From the NCBI GenBank assembly GCA_963764715.1, contig CAVXTP010000010.1, forward strand, positions 128,001-192,000: a stretch of 64,000 nucleotides of DNA, read 5' to 3'. Source of the DNA: an uncultured Acidobacteriota bacterium (GTDB lineage: Bacteria; Acidobacteriota; Thermoanaerobaculia; UBA5066; Gp7-AA6). The notes beneath the pieces are model-generated. The model was not told where the DNA came from. It made no database searches and saw only the letters and a program-made list of their open reading frames with translations. The position numbers and the translations under genes are program-made. Shown piece by piece: positions 43,081 to 53,858 of the stretch (position 1 is its first letter; the number at the start of each line of letters is the position of its first letter).

Positions 43081-43731
43081 TCAGAGCTCCACGACACCGT
43101 GCTTGATGGCGAAGTGGACGAGCTCGGCGTTGGTGTGCAGGCCCAGGGTCTCCAGAATCTGGTACTTGTGGAACTCCACGGTGCGGGCCGAGATCGCGAG
43201 GTCCGACGCGATCTCCTTCGCCGAGCGGCCTTCCGCCAGGAGATGGAGCACTTCCTTCTGACGCGGGGTCAGGGATTCGACCGGATTGACGGCCTTGTCC
43301 GGTCCCAGCTTCATGGCGCCCAGGACTTCTCCCGCCAGCTGCGGGGTGAGGTAGGTTTTTCCGTCGAGTGCGGCGCGGATCGCCGAGACCAGCTCGGTCG
43401 GAGCCGAGTGCTTGAGCACGAATCCCGATGCCCCGGCATCGAGCGCTCGGCGCGCGTAAGTCGCGTCCCGGTGCATCGTGAGGAAGACCACGGGGACGCG
43501 ATCTCCGCCCTTCCTCATCTGGACCAGGGCTTCGATACCGTTCAGGTGAGGCATCGTGACGTCGGCGACGACCACGTCCGGCCGCAGCGTTCGGGACGCC
43601 TCGACCAGCGCGCGCCCGTCTTCCACCACGCCGACCAGGTCGAACTCGGCCGCGAGCAGGCTCTTCAGCGCCTCGGCGACCAGGAGATGGTCGTCGGCGA
43701 TCAGGACGCGGGGCCGTCGGCGAAGGCTCAT
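43081..43731 (-). CDS. NarL/LuxR-family response regulator
   Basis: VLIADDH, VADVTMP, LTPRQKEVL, RTVEFHKY; paralog of 17713..18354. Confidence 0.95.
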   Translation of the reverse strand: MSLRRRPRVLIADDHLLVAEALKSLLAAEFDLVGVVEDGRALVEASRTLRPDVVVADVTMPHLNGIEALVQMRKGGDRVPVVFLTMHRDATYARRALDAGASGFVLKHSAPTELVSAIRAALDGKTYLTPQLAGEVLGAMKLGPDKAVNPVESLTPRQKEVLHLLAEGRSAKEIASDLAISARTVEFHKYQILETLGLHTNAELVHFAIKHGVVEL

Positions 43732-44987
43732 CGCGCCACTCCTTCCGCGGGGACCCAGGCGACGACCGAGGTGCCGTGGCCGGGCGCGCTTTCGACGTCG
43801 AGCGTGCCGTGGACGAGCTCCACCCGCTCGCGCATGCTGGCGAGGCCGAGGCTCCGTCCGTTTCCGTTTCTTGCGCGGTCGAATCCGACGCCGTCGTCGC
43901 GGACCGAGAGGAGCAGGCCCTCGTCCAACGGACGCAGGTCGAGAGTTGCGGTCCGCGCCCGAGAGTGCCGGACGACGTTGGTCAGCGCCTCCTGGGCCAC
44001 GCGGAAAAGACAGAGGGCCGCGTCGCGGGAGACGGTGGCGGGCACCGGAGCCAGTCTGGCCGAAAAGTCGACGCGCGTTCGGCGGCCAAGCCGCTCGCAT
44101 TCCGCGTTGAGCGCGGCGGCCAGGCCCAGCTCCTCCAGGACCGACGGGTGGAGCTGGTACGCGAGGGAGTGGACGTCCTCGCTCAAGGTCACGAGACTCT
44201 CGCGCACGGCGCGCATCGCGTCGGCCTGCGTGCCGGCGGGCGCGGCGAGCTCCGCCTTGCCGACGTCGATCGCCAGGACCGCCAGCCGCTGGGTCAGATC
44301 GTCGTGGAGCTCGCGCGCCAGGAGCGCGCGCTCCTTCTCCTGCGCCTGGATCAGGCGGCGGCTCAGGTTTCGGAGCTCAGCCTCGCGACCGCGCAGGGTC
44401 TGGTCGGCGCGTCTCCGGGCCAGGGCATTGCAGAAGACCTGAGCGACGAGTTGCAGCCGATTCACCAACATGTCCGGCCAGTCGCGGCACTCATGCACGG
44501 TGTTGAAGGCGAGGCAGCCGATGGGCGGCTCGCCGCCTGGCAGGAGAGGGAGGCAGAGGCACGACTTCAGGCTCATCTGGAGCGCGTTCTCGCGGTCGAC
44601 GGCCGCGTCCGCCGGCATCTCCGCGATCGCCGGAATCACCACCGTTTTGCCGGCGATGATCTGCTCGAGGACCCAGGGAAACTGATCCTGCCGCAGCGGC
44701 TCGGTCGGTCGCAGGCCCTCCTGGACCCAGTACGCGTGGGTGGGCGTGATGACCATCGGCTCCGTGTCGGACCACTGCCAGAGCACCGAGAGATCGACTC
44801 CGAGAGGCTTGCATACCCGGCCCAGTGCCTTCTCGATCTCGCCGTCCACCGCGGCGGGAGGGAGGTTGATGAATCTCGATGACAGATCGGCCAGGAGCAT
44901 CTCGAACTCGAGCCGGTCCTCCAGCCGATCCTCCAGCCGATCCGGAATGGGCACGGCATCCTCCCCGGTGGAAACGGCACTTTCCAT
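43728..44987 (-). CDS. Cytoplasmic GAF-domain HisKA_3 histidine kinase
   Basis: No TM; GAF (KSCLCLPL..IGCLAF); QEKERALLARELHDD, QEALTNVVRHS, DDGVGFD. Confidence 0.9.
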   Translation of the reverse strand: MESAVSTGEDAVPIPDRLEDRLEDRLEFEMLLADLSSRFINLPPAAVDGEIEKALGRVCKPLGVDLSVLWQWSDTEPMVITPTHAYWVQEGLRPTEPLRQDQFPWVLEQIIAGKTVVIPAIAEMPADAAVDRENALQMSLKSCLCLPLLPGGEPPIGCLAFNTVHECRDWPDMLVNRLQLVAQVFCNALARRRADQTLRGREAELRNLSRRLIQAQEKERALLARELHDDLTQRLAVLAIDVGKAELAAPAGTQADAMRAVRESLVTLSEDVHSLAYQLHPSVLEELGLAAALNAECERLGRRTRVDFSARLAPVPATVSRDAALCLFRVAQEALTNVVRHSRARTATLDLRPLDEGLLLSVRDDGVGFDRARNGNGRSLGLASMRERVELVHGTLDVESAPGHGTSVVAWVPAEGVAR

Positions 44988-45147
44988 GCATCGAGACTAA
45001 TCACGGCGAACCGGCGGCCGATGATGCGTTTACATCAGATCGTCGACATCGGGCGGCTGCCATTTGGATGCCGTCCGCCGCGATACGCTACAGCCCTTCG
45101 ACTACGCGAACCGCTCGACGTTGAGAGACAAGCGAGGCTGACGACCT

Positions 45148-45954
45148 ATGCGCTTCGATTCGATACCCATCTTGGCGATTTTCGCCGCAACGTTTCTTGT
45201 CGTGATGGCGGCCATCGAAGCCGGGTACAGGCTGGGGCGTTCTGCGCACCGGCGGTCCGAGGAAGTCAAGGAATCGCCGGTTTCGGCGATTGCCGGCGCC
45301 GTCCTCGGGCTCGCGGCGTTCATGCTGGCGTTCACATTCGGAATCGTCTGGGAGCTCCGGGGCACACGGAAGGAGCTGGTTCGTCAGGAAGCGGTTGCCC
45401 TCCGCGCAGCCTGGCAACGATCGGACTTTCTGCCGGAAGGCGATCGCGCCAGGGCCGCCGCTTTACTCCACCAGTACGTCGATTTGCGCGTGGCCTTCGC
45501 GGAGGCGGGCCGCCTCGAGCCGTCCGGCGTCAAGCGTTTCCTGTCCGAGACTCAGCGGCTAGAAGACGGCCTTTGGAGCATGGCCGTCGCGAATGCGCGG
45601 AAGGACATGAACTCGGACGTGGCCGCGCTGTATATCGAGTCCCTGAACGAGGTCAGCGGGATTCATGCGACGAGATTGGCCCTCGGGATGCAAGAGCGGC
45701 TTCCCAGCGAGATATGGATCGTGCTCTATGGCGTCACCATTCTCGGCATGATGGCCGTGGGCTATCAGACCGGAATCGCGGCATCCAAACGGTCCATGGG
45801 GCGGCTGAATATGGCCGCGTCCTTCGCCCTGGTGTTCGGTCTGATCGCCTCGCTCGATCGCCCCGACAGCGGCATCCTGAGCGTCAGCCAGCGCCCGTTG
45901 GCCGACCTTCGCGACGCGATGGCCGCCGCCGCCGTCCGGGCCCCGAGCGACTAG
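45148..45954 (+). CDS. DUF4239/bestrophin-like membrane protein
   Basis: AVLGLAAFMLAFTFG, SLNEV, LDRPDSGILSVSQRPL. Confidence 0.8.
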   Translation: MRFDSIPILAIFAATFLVVMAAIEAGYRLGRSAHRRSEEVKESPVSAIAGAVLGLAAFMLAFTFGIVWELRGTRKELVRQEAVALRAAWQRSDFLPEGDRARAAALLHQYVDLRVAFAEAGRLEPSGVKRFLSETQRLEDGLWSMAVANARKDMNSDVAALYIESLNEVSGIHATRLALGMQERLPSEIWIVLYGVTILGMMAVGYQTGIAASKRSMGRLNMAASFALVFGLIASLDRPDSGILSVSQRPLADLRDAMAAAAVRAPSD

Positions 45955-46065
45955 GGCCACCTCGACACGGCCGAAGACGCCCCGGAGACCCCGAGGGAGA
46001 AGCTCGAGGCGCGCCTCGTCCGCGAGCAAGTGGGGGCGGTGAGCCGTCGCCGTCCCGCAACGCCA

Positions 46066-46089
46066 ACGGCCGGCCCGAAGGCCGGCCGT
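46066..46089. terminator. Perfect GC hairpin between convergent genes
   Basis: ACGGCCGGCC-CGAA-GGCCGGCCGT; C(UUCG)G tetraloop on the minus strand; no U-tract. Confidence 0.5.
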
Positions 46090-46112
46090 GGATGGACTCG
46101 AGGACCGGGAGC

Positions 46113-46877
46113 TCAGTTCGCCCAGTAAAGACCGACCAGCTTGCTCAGGAAGACCGCCATCTGTCCGCGCGTGAGCGGATTGCTCGGACAGTAGTTCCCG
46201 CCGCCGCAGCCGGCCGTGACGCCGGAGGCGACGAGGGCCTCGATGAACTGGAACTGGGGGTGTCCGGTCGGCACGTCGCCGAACGTCGCGGTCAGCGGAG
46301 CCGGGCTGACCTGGAGGTGGTAGTAGACCAGCACCCGGCGCAGCTTGTGCAGCCCGGCGTTGGTGTACAGGTTGACCTGGATGAAGTAGGCATTGTTGAG
46401 GTTGTCGACGGTGGTGTTGATGTTCGGGTTGGTGACGTACGTCCAGCCCGGAACGCCGAAGGTGTTGGCGGCGTTGACGAAGTTGGCGTTGGTCCCGGCG
46501 GCGGTGCCGACGTGGATACCGAGCCAGCTCGAAATCTCGTATGCCGGATCGTTGTCGTAAACCTCGATGGCAACGCCGTCGATGCGGGCTCCCGACGGGA
46601 GGTTGACGGGAGCGTCGAACCACCCCGACACGCCCCCGGTCCGATAGCGGGCGAAGCTCGAGACGTCGAAGTTCCACGATGTGGCCGAGTCCACCGGAGA
46701 AAAAGCGTCGACCGGGATCGACAGGACGGCCGTGTTCGGCCCGAACGAGCTCGGGGCCAACGGGGCCGTCGTCACCGACATCGGGCCGACCGGTGCATCC
46801 TGGGCGAGCGCGAGCCCGGCCACGAGCACGAGCGCCGCCGCCAATCCGATCCGCGAGAGACAACTCCGCTGCTTCAC
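46113..46877 (-). CDS. Secreted protein with a C-terminal S-layer homology (SLH) domain
   Basis: FGDVPTGHPQFQFIEALVASGVTAGCGGGNYCPSNPLTRGQMAVFL; AGGAGG before GTG. Confidence 0.9.
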   Translation of the reverse strand: MKQRSCLSRIGLAAALVLVAGLALAQDAPVGPMSVTTAPLAPSSFGPNTAVLSIPVDAFSPVDSATSWNFDVSSFARYRTGGVSGWFDAPVNLPSGARIDGVAIEVYDNDPAYEISSWLGIHVGTAAGTNANFVNAANTFGVPGWTYVTNPNINTTVDNLNNAYFIQVNLYTNAGLHKLRRVLVYYHLQVSPAPLTATFGDVPTGHPQFQFIEALVASGVTAGCGGGNYCPSNPLTRGQMAVFLSKLVGLYWAN

Positions 46878-47027
46878 AATTTCCTCCTTCACTTGTCGGG
46901 AACGTTCGGAATGTAGCACGGCGAATTGCGCGGCCTCACCTCTTGTCGAGGCACCTCGGCCGACGACGTTCCGCCGGATCGATTCGATTTGGTTCGTATG
47001 CGCGGATTCGGCCGACCGAACCGTCCG

Positions 47028-47675
47028 CTAGAAGCTGACGGCGACCGAGGTGACGACCGTCGGCGTCTCCCATCCGGGGTTGAACACGTAGACGGTCAGG
47101 CTCAGGTTCTCGCGCGTGAAGCCGACGAGGAACCCGCGCTGCACGTCGAGGCCCGTTTCGTACGTCCGCGTTCGCTGCGAGACGAGCCCCACGGAGAGCC
47201 AGTCGAGGGGGGAGTAGGAAAGCTGGGCCCAGTTGTAGAAGAAGTTGTTGTCCGAGTCCTCGACGTCGACGACGTACTCGCCTTCGCTGTAGAGCTCGAA
47301 CGAGCCCAGGGAGACCGTCAATTCGTAGCCCGGGGCGACTCCCTTCGTTTCGCCGAAGACGCCTCCGGCCATGAGAGTCGCATCGAGCCGCAGCTTCTCG
47401 CCGACGCCGACGTTCCAGCCGACCCATGCGGAGCCGGTGTCGATTCCCTCGTAGTTGTAGCGGGTTTCGAGATGGAGCGACCCGCGGTCGGCCATGATCG
47501 TCGGCTGGCCGTAGTTCGTGTCCTCCGGCGGGAAGTAGCCGAACACACTGGCGTTGAACTCCCAGGCGAGCTTCTCTTCGGCGGCCGGCGGCGCGGCGAC
47601 GGCCCGTTCCTGGGCTGATACCGGGACGGGTAGCGCGGTGACGATCGCGAGCGCGAGGAGGCGAGCGGCCGTCAT
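47028..47675 (-). CDS. Small outer-membrane beta-barrel hypothetical protein
   Basis: Signal peptide, LHLETRYNYE, GVAPG, GLVSQRTR, terminal Phe. Confidence 0.7.
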   Translation of the reverse strand: MTAARLLALAIVTALPVPVSAQERAVAAPPAAEEKLAWEFNASVFGYFPPEDTNYGQPTIMADRGSLHLETRYNYEGIDTGSAWVGWNVGVGEKLRLDATLMAGGVFGETKGVAPGYELTVSLGSFELYSEGEYVVDVEDSDNNFFYNWAQLSYSPLDWLSVGLVSQRTRTYETGLDVQRGFLVGFTRENLSLTVYVFNPGWETPTVVTSVAVSF

Positions 47676-48325
47676 CCGCCGAGCGCGATCGTCAGCGCGA
47701 CGAGAACGAGGCCGACGGCGACCATGACGAGGGCCGTAAGCCACGGACGGTACCCGGAGTATTTTCCGAGCTTGTAGCCGCCGTAGAACAGCAGAGCAAT
47801 CGCCACGGCGTTGGAGACGCGCAGAGCGGGCATCGCATCGCGTATGAAGAAGAAGGGAACGACGACCGGGAAGGTCGAAAGGAAGACGAGCAGAAAGACC
47901 CCGAGGGCGCCCCGGAAATCGTCGCGCTCGAGCGATGCCCGCCGGCGAGGCTCGGGCAGGGCGAGAAGACGCTGTCGTATGGAGCCGAGTTCCTCCGGGC
48001 GCAGGACCGAGGCGACGAGCGGCGGCAGAGCCTCGGCGATCAGGGCGTTGCCCTCGTCGGGCCCGGCCGTTTCGCGCAGGCGCAGGTAGGACACGAGGAT
48101 GTGCCCGCGGCGGCTGATCGCGTTCATGAGGTAGAAGGCCGCGTCGACGATGCCCCATGCGAGATTGCAGCCGATCGCGCCGATGAGCATCGTGCGTACT
48201 TCGCTGCGGCCGCTCTCAGCCGCCGAAAGCGCGCCCGTGAAAGTGAGGACCATGATGAGGCCGAACAGGATCTCGGAGAACCGTTCGGTCGGCTCGAGGA
48301 CCCGGCGGCGCTTCTCCTCGGGCAT
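47672..48325 (-). CDS. VIT1/CCC1-like membrane protein
   Basis: LEPTERFSEILFGLIMVLTFT, GCNLAWGIVDA, STFPVVVPF. Confidence 0.8.
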   Translation of the reverse strand: MPEEKRRRVLEPTERFSEILFGLIMVLTFTGALSAAESGRSEVRTMLIGAIGCNLAWGIVDAAFYLMNAISRRGHILVSYLRLRETAGPDEGNALIAEALPPLVASVLRPEELGSIRQRLLALPEPRRRASLERDDFRGALGVFLLVFLSTFPVVVPFFFIRDAMPALRVSNAVAIALLFYGGYKLGKYSGYRPWLTALVMVAVGLVLVALTIALGG

Positions 48326-48351
48326 CGTGTGCTCCTTCGGCCGCCGCGGCC

Positions 48352-49437
48352 CTAGTTCGGCATCAGGTAGAGCGTCGCCGCAAAGACCGCGTAGACCGCG
48401 ATGAGCTGAACGCCCGAGTACCAGGCCGAGCTGCCGGTCGCAACGACCATGCTCACCGTCAGGGTGGTCAGGAGCACCATGAGCACCTGGCCGCCGGCGA
48501 AGGTGAGATCCATGGGCGACGGAGCGACGGCATAGCTCAGAAGGACGAGCACCGGAGCGACGAACAGAGCGATCTGGACGGAGCTTCCCATGGCGATCCC
48601 GACGGAGAGGTCGAGCCGGTTCTTGCGCGCCGCCGAGAAGGCGGCCGTCATCTCCGCCGCGGCGCCGACGAGAGAGACGACGACGAAGCCCACGAACGCC
48701 TGCGACAGGCCGAGGGACCTGGCCGCCTCCGTGACGGAGCCGACGAAGATCTCGCTGACGAGGGCGATCAACACCGTCACGGCCGCGAGCGTTCCGAGGG
48801 CGGCCGGCAGCGGCCAGGGGGTCTCGCCGTGCTCTCCGCCTTCCGTGCTCGTGAAGAACTCGCGGTGGGTCTTGAGCGAAAAGAGAAGGCTCAGGGCGTA
48901 GGTTGCGAGAAGGATGAACGAGATCGTGAGGCCGAGGGGCAACCGGAAGGAGGCCACGTTGAGCTGGTCGACGCGGGTAGTGGCCGCCGAAACGACCAGG
49001 GCGATCGTGGCGAGCAGCAGCATTCCCGCCTGGACCCGCGCGTTTCGCGGGTTGAACTCCTGCACGCGGTGCCGGAGACCTCCGAGGAGAAACGCTCCCC
49101 CGAGCATGAAGAGGCCGTTGGTCACGATCGCGCCGGCCAGCGACGCCTTGACGAGGTCGAACATGCCGGCCGAGAGCGCCGTGATGGCGATGACGAGCTC
49201 CGTCAGGTTGCCGAGCGTGGCGTTCAGGAGCCCGCCGATCGCGTCCCCGGTCTTCGCCGCGACGCTCTCGGTCGCGCGGGCGAGCAGCCCGGCGAGGGGG
49301 ACGATGGCCACGACCGAAAGGAGGAACACGAGCGTGTAGCTCTCGGGCCGTAGCTTCTCCGCGGCGAAGACCACCGGGACGAAGACGACCAGCCAGTAGA
49401 GCGGGGTCCGGCGGAAGTCCGTCAGGACGCCGCTCAT
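48352..49437 (-). CDS. cax: Ca2+/H+ antiporter (CAX/ChaA family)
   Basis: GGLLNATLGNLTELVIA alpha-1 repeat, VGAAAE alpha-2 repeat, GSSVQIALFVAP. Confidence 0.9.
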   Translation of the reverse strand: MSGVLTDFRRTPLYWLVVFVPVVFAAEKLRPESYTLVFLLSVVAIVPLAGLLARATESVAAKTGDAIGGLLNATLGNLTELVIAITALSAGMFDLVKASLAGAIVTNGLFMLGGAFLLGGLRHRVQEFNPRNARVQAGMLLLATIALVVSAATTRVDQLNVASFRLPLGLTISFILLATYALSLLFSLKTHREFFTSTEGGEHGETPWPLPAALGTLAAVTVLIALVSEIFVGSVTEAARSLGLSQAFVGFVVVSLVGAAAEMTAAFSAARKNRLDLSVGIAMGSSVQIALFVAPVLVLLSYAVAPSPMDLTFAGGQVLMVLLTTLTVSMVVATGSSAWYSGVQLIAVYAVFAATLYLMPN

Positions 49438-49507
49438 GGAGCCGTCCGTGCCGACCCGCCGGGGGTAGCCCCGCTCACGCTCCGCATGTCGGCTCCCTTC
49501 GACGCCG

Positions 49508-50465
49508 CTATTGCGCGTCGTCGGTGACGGTCCAGGTCTTGTCCGGGTTGTAGGCCTTGATCTTCGGGGCGAGCTTCGCCGTGTCCGGGCCGAGGTCCTT
49601 CTGGTAGACGACGCCGTCGTTGTTGACGACGAAGGTCTGGACGCCCGTGACGCCGTAGTTGGCGGGCCAGGCGATCGCGGCGAAGCCGCCGATCATCATT
49701 CCCTTGAAGACGTAGTCGCGGGCGCCCAGCCTCGCCGACGGGACCCTGGGCCGTCAGCGTGCGGAAGTAGTAGCCGTTGTACGGCTCGCTCTTCTTGGTG
49801 TAGCCGGCGGCGAGGGCCTTGGCGATCTCGTCGCCCATCGGACCCGCCGGATTGCCGGTCGTGTCTCGCCACGAGAGCCCGTCCTGGGTGCCGGGAGTGC
49901 TCACCCACTTCTGCGCGTACTGGCGAACGCCGCTGCCATCGCGCGGCTCCGAGGCGTACTCCCACTGCGCATCGACGTAGCCGCGCAGGAGCGCGATCGC
50001 GTCGAGCTCGTTGCCGCCGATGCGGCGAGCGAGAAGCTCCTGGCGCCCCATTTTCGCGTTGAAGCGCCACTTGCCGTTTTTCTCGACGATCGGAACCGGC
50101 ATCGGCCAGTCTTCGCTTCCGACGACCACGATCGCCAGCTTCGGGTCGGCGACGTCGAAGGTCACGTCCATCTTCTGGCGGGCGTGCTCGGCGAACTTCG
50201 CGAGGCTGTTCTTGTCGGCGACGGGGTCGCCGGAAGAGACGATGCCTTTGCCTTCGGCGCCGAAGATGGCGTCGACGGCCGCCATGTCGCCCGCCTCGGC
50301 CGCCTTGACCAGGGCATCGGCGGCCTGCTGCGGCGTGTCGAAGGCGCGCGGCGCCGCGGGCGGGTTGGCGGCACGGGCCGGAATGGCCCAGAACGCGCAG
50401 GCGATCGCCAGCGAAGCCGAGAGCCGAAAAGCGCGGTGAGAGTGACGCAGTTTGTTCATGTTCAT
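49508..50465 (-). CDS. DUF2950 periplasmic protein, frameshifted near 49740
   Basis: FDTPQQAADAL, DWPMPVPIV, RRIGGNEL, PYNGYYFR; MIGGFAAIAWPANYGVTGVQTF in the next frame. Confidence 0.9.
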
Positions 50466-50480
50466 TTTCGTTCCTCGCCG

Positions 50481-51743
50481 TTACCGCCGCCGCCCGCCGC
50501 CACCGCCGCCGCGCGACATTCCGCCCATGCTCGACGAGCCGCGCGAGCTCGACGACCGCGCGCTGCTCCCGCTGTAGGATCCTCCTCCTCCGCCGAACGC
50601 GGACGAGCCCCGGGAGCTCGAGGACGGCACGTTGCGGCTGCCGACCTGGCTCGACTTGCTTCCGCCGCGGTCGAAGCTGCGGAGCCGCCGCGGTCGAAGC
50701 TGCTCGCGCCCGCGCCCGAGCGGCTGCTCGCACCGCCGCGATCCATGCTCTGGGACTGGCGCTGGCTCGCCCCGGCCTGCCGGCTCGACGCCGAGTCGCC
50801 GCGCGCGTTGCCGCCGTACTTGCTGGCGGTCGCCTTGTCCTTGTACGGGCGCGCCGCCGCGCTGCTGCGAGTTGTGCTGCCAGTTGCTGTTGCCGCTGCG
50901 GTTGCTGACGTTGTTCTGACGGTTGCTGTTGTTGACGAAGTTGTTGCTGTTGTTGATGTTGATGGTGTTTCCGCCGCCGCCGTGCCAGCCGCAGCCCCAG
51001 CCCCAGCCGCCGCTGATTCCGACTCCGATGGCGACGCCCACACCGAACCCGATGAGCCCGGCGCCGGGCACGTAGGGCGGGTAGTACATCGGGTAATACG
51101 GGTAGACCGGCGGTCCCCAGATCACCGTCGGGTTGTAGGACGGAACGTAGACGACCTCGGTCGACGTGGGCTGGATCTCGATGACGGTCTTCGACTCCAC
51201 CGTAGTCGTTTCGACCTTCTGCTGTTCGGACGACGCGAGTTTGCCCGCGTCTTTCGCCTTCGCCCGCATGCGCTGGACGGCGTCCATCACTTCGCTCTGC
51301 TGCGCGAGGAACGCGTCGCCGAGATCCTGCGTCCACTTGATGTTCTCGGACAGGACCTTGAGCGCATCGGGCAGCACCACCAGGGCCTGGACGCTCGGGT
51401 CCCAGGGCTCCTTCTCGGCCGCCTTGACGAGCTCATCGCCCTTGAGTGTGCCGTTCTTGGCCAGCCACTGCTGCGCGGCGACGACGTCGATCGGGTACGT
51501 CGCGGCCACGAGGCACTGGGCGAGCAGAGGATCGGGGTAGAGCGCGATCGGCGCGACCAGCGAGTCGAGCTGGTCGGGCGTGAGTTTCGCGGATTCCGGC
51601 GCCTCCGTGGCGGGAGCGGCAGCCTGCGCATCCTGAGTCGGGACCGCGCCGGCCGGCGCGGCCATCAGCGCGCTGAGCGTTGCGACGAGCGCCACGCCGA
51701 AGGCGCCCGACAGCCTGGCCCGAAGCGACTGGAGAGTTGTCAC
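50481..51743 (-). CDS. DUF3300 protein (compensating frameshifts near 50850 and 50690 in the tail)
   Basis: QLDSLVAPIALYPDPLLAQ, WDPSVQAL, LGDAFLAQQ, VVYVPSYNP, WQHN..QRGG, RGG-rich tail. Confidence 0.92.
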   Translation of the reverse strand: MTTLQSLRARLSGAFGVALVATLSALMAAPAGAVPTQDAQAAAPATEAPESAKLTPDQLDSLVAPIALYPDPLLAQCLVAATYPIDVVAAQQWLAKNGTLKGDELVKAAEKEPWDPSVQALVVLPDALKVLSENIKWTQDLGDAFLAQQSEVMDAVQRMRAKAKDAGKLASSEQQKVETTTVESKTVIEIQPTSTEVVYVPSYNPTVIWGPPVYPYYPMYYPPYVPGAGLIGFGVGVAIGVGISGGWGWGCGWHGGGGNTININNSNNFVNNSNRQNNVSNRSGNSNWQHNSQQRGGAPVQGQGDRQQVRRQRARRLGVEPAGRGEPAPVPEHGSRRCEQPLGRGREQLRPRRLRSFDRGGSKSSQVGSRNVPSSSSRGSSAFGGGGGSYSGSSARSSSSRGSSSMGGMSRGGGGGGRRR

Positions 51744-51802
51744 CGTGTCCTCCTCGTTTCCTGAACGCCTCATCCTATTCCGGGGACCGGTGGCGGCGCC
51801 AA

Positions 51803-51818
51803 TTGGACCAAGGTCTTA
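51803..51818. promoter_or_regulatory. Putative response-regulator operator, copy 1
   Basis: TTGGACCAAGGTCTTA imperfect palindrome upstream of DUF3300; core GGACCAAGGTC recurs at 54503. Confidence 0.5.
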
Positions 51819-52007
51819 GCGGACGGCCAGCCCTGCCTCCGACACGGCTCTTCGGCCATCCAGGGGAGTCGGACGGGGGCCTGCCCGAGACCCCCGTTCC
51901 CGACGCGAGGCCATGGCGCGAGAGCTCTGCCTTACCATCTCCACGATGCGAGCTCGAGACCTGCCGCCGTCGTGGCGGCCCCCGGCGGCCTGGCTCCGGG
52001 AGGCCTC

Positions 52008-53858
52008 GTGACGAGCTGGGTCACGGTCGTCTGGTCCGCCATCGCGTCGTCGTGCCTGACGCTCGCGCTCGTGCATGCCCTGATCGGTGTGCGGCAGCGG
52101 CAGCGGGCCAATTTCCTCTTCGCCGTCAACAGCCTCTCCGTCACGGCCATCGCGGCCGTCGAGCTCGCGCTGATGCGGGCGGCCAACCCGGTCGAGTTCG
52201 GCTTGCTCATGCGGTGGATGCACGTTCCCATCTTCGTTCTCGTCACGTCGCTCGTCCTCTTCGTGCGCGCGTTCTTTCGGGCGGGCTCCGCGGGGCTCGC
52301 TGCGGCGGCCATCGCCTCGAGGGCGGCGGCTCTCCTCGTCAACTTTCTCCGCCAGCCCAACCTGAACTTCGTCGAGATCACGAGCCTGCGCCGCGTCGCG
52401 TTCCTGGGAGAAGACGTCTCGGTGGCCGTGGGGACCGTCAGCCGCTGGACGCGGCTGGGCGAGCTCTCCTCGATCCTGCTGCTCGCCTTCCTGCTTTCGG
52501 CGGCGCTTTCGGTCTGGCGGCGCGGCGAGCGCGGACGGGCGGCGATCGTCGGCGGCAGCATGGTGCTGTTCGTTCTCGGGGCCGCAGGCCACGCGGCACT
52601 GGTCCATGCCGGGGTTGTGGTCTTCCCGTACATGTTCAGCGTCGCGTACCTCGGCGTCGTCGCGGCGATGGGACTACGAGTTGACGTCCGACGTCCTTCG
52701 CGCGACCGCCCTGGCGCGCGCGCTCCGCGAGAGCCAGGACGCCCTGCAAGAGAGCGACCGACAGCTGGCCGTGGCGGCCGACGCGGCGAAGCTGGGTTTC
52801 TGGGCGTGGGACCCGGGAACGGACGAACTGTGGATGACGGCCACGGGGCGGGTCGCTTCGCGGCTACTCTCCGAACGAGCGCCTCGACCTGTCCCGCCTT
52901 CTCTCCTCGGTCCACCCGGGGGATCGGGAGGACATCCGGCGATCCATCGAGTCCGCGGTCGACGATCGAAGGTCCTTCGAGCGTGAGTATCGGATCGTGC
53001 GCCCCGACGGGGAGATTCGCTGGGTCGCGTTCCGCGGCGCCGGCGAGCGCGACCCCGGGGACGGGCGGGCCCGCGTGCGGGGCGTCTCGATCGACGTCAC
53101 GTGGCAGAAGATGGCGGAGCTCGAATCGCAGAGGCGGCAGAACGAGGTCGCCCATCTCTCGCGGGTGACCGTGCTCGGCGAGCTGTCGGGATCGCTCGCC
53201 CACGAGATCAATCAGCCGCTGACGGCGATCCTGAGCAACACGGAAACCCTGCAGAACCTGCTGGGGCAGGAGGGGGCGTCTCTCCCCGAAGTCCAGGAGA
53301 TCCTGGCCGACATCGTCCACGAGGGCAGGCACGCGGCCGAGGTAATCCAACGACTCCGACTCCTCCTGAAGAAAGGCGACGTCCGCCCCGAGGCTCTCGC
53401 TCTGCCCGACCTCGTCGACGACGTCGTCCGCCTGGTCCGGGGCGACCTCGCCCACCAGGGCGTGACGTTCTCGGCGGAGCTCCCGGCCGACTTGCCCCGG
53501 GTTCGCGGAGACCGCGTCCAGATCGAACAGGTTCTCCTGAACCTCCTGACGAACGCCTGCGACGCCCTGGCGGACGCCGACCCGCGAGACCGGCGTCTCG
53601 TCCTCGGCGCGGCGGTCGCGGAAGGCGGCGAGGTTCGCGTCTCCGTCCGCGATCGGGGCCACGGGGATCGCGCCTTCGGACCTCGAGCGCGTCTTCGAGC
53701 CGTTCGTGACGACGAAGAGCCGCGGCATGGGCCTGGGACTGTCCGTCTGCCGCACGATCGTCACCGCCCACGGGGGAAGGCTGTGGGCGGTCAACAACGA
53801 CGACCGCGGTGCGACGTTTCATTTCACGCTTCCCGTCGCCGGCACAGCGCCACGATGA
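52008..53858 (+). CDS. Membrane PAS-domain HisKA sensor kinase (FixL-like), frameshifted near 52670, 52865 and 53665
   Basis: Multi-TM N-terminus; PAS (YRIVRPDGEIRW); GELSGSLAHEINQPL, QVLLNLLTNA, GMGLGLSVCR, FHFTLP. Confidence 0.85.

Noticed and set aside
50660-50705. Direct repeat CCGCCGCGGTCGAAGCTGC x2
   Set aside because: Encodes SFDRGG low-complexity repeats in the DUF3300 tail; not a separate element
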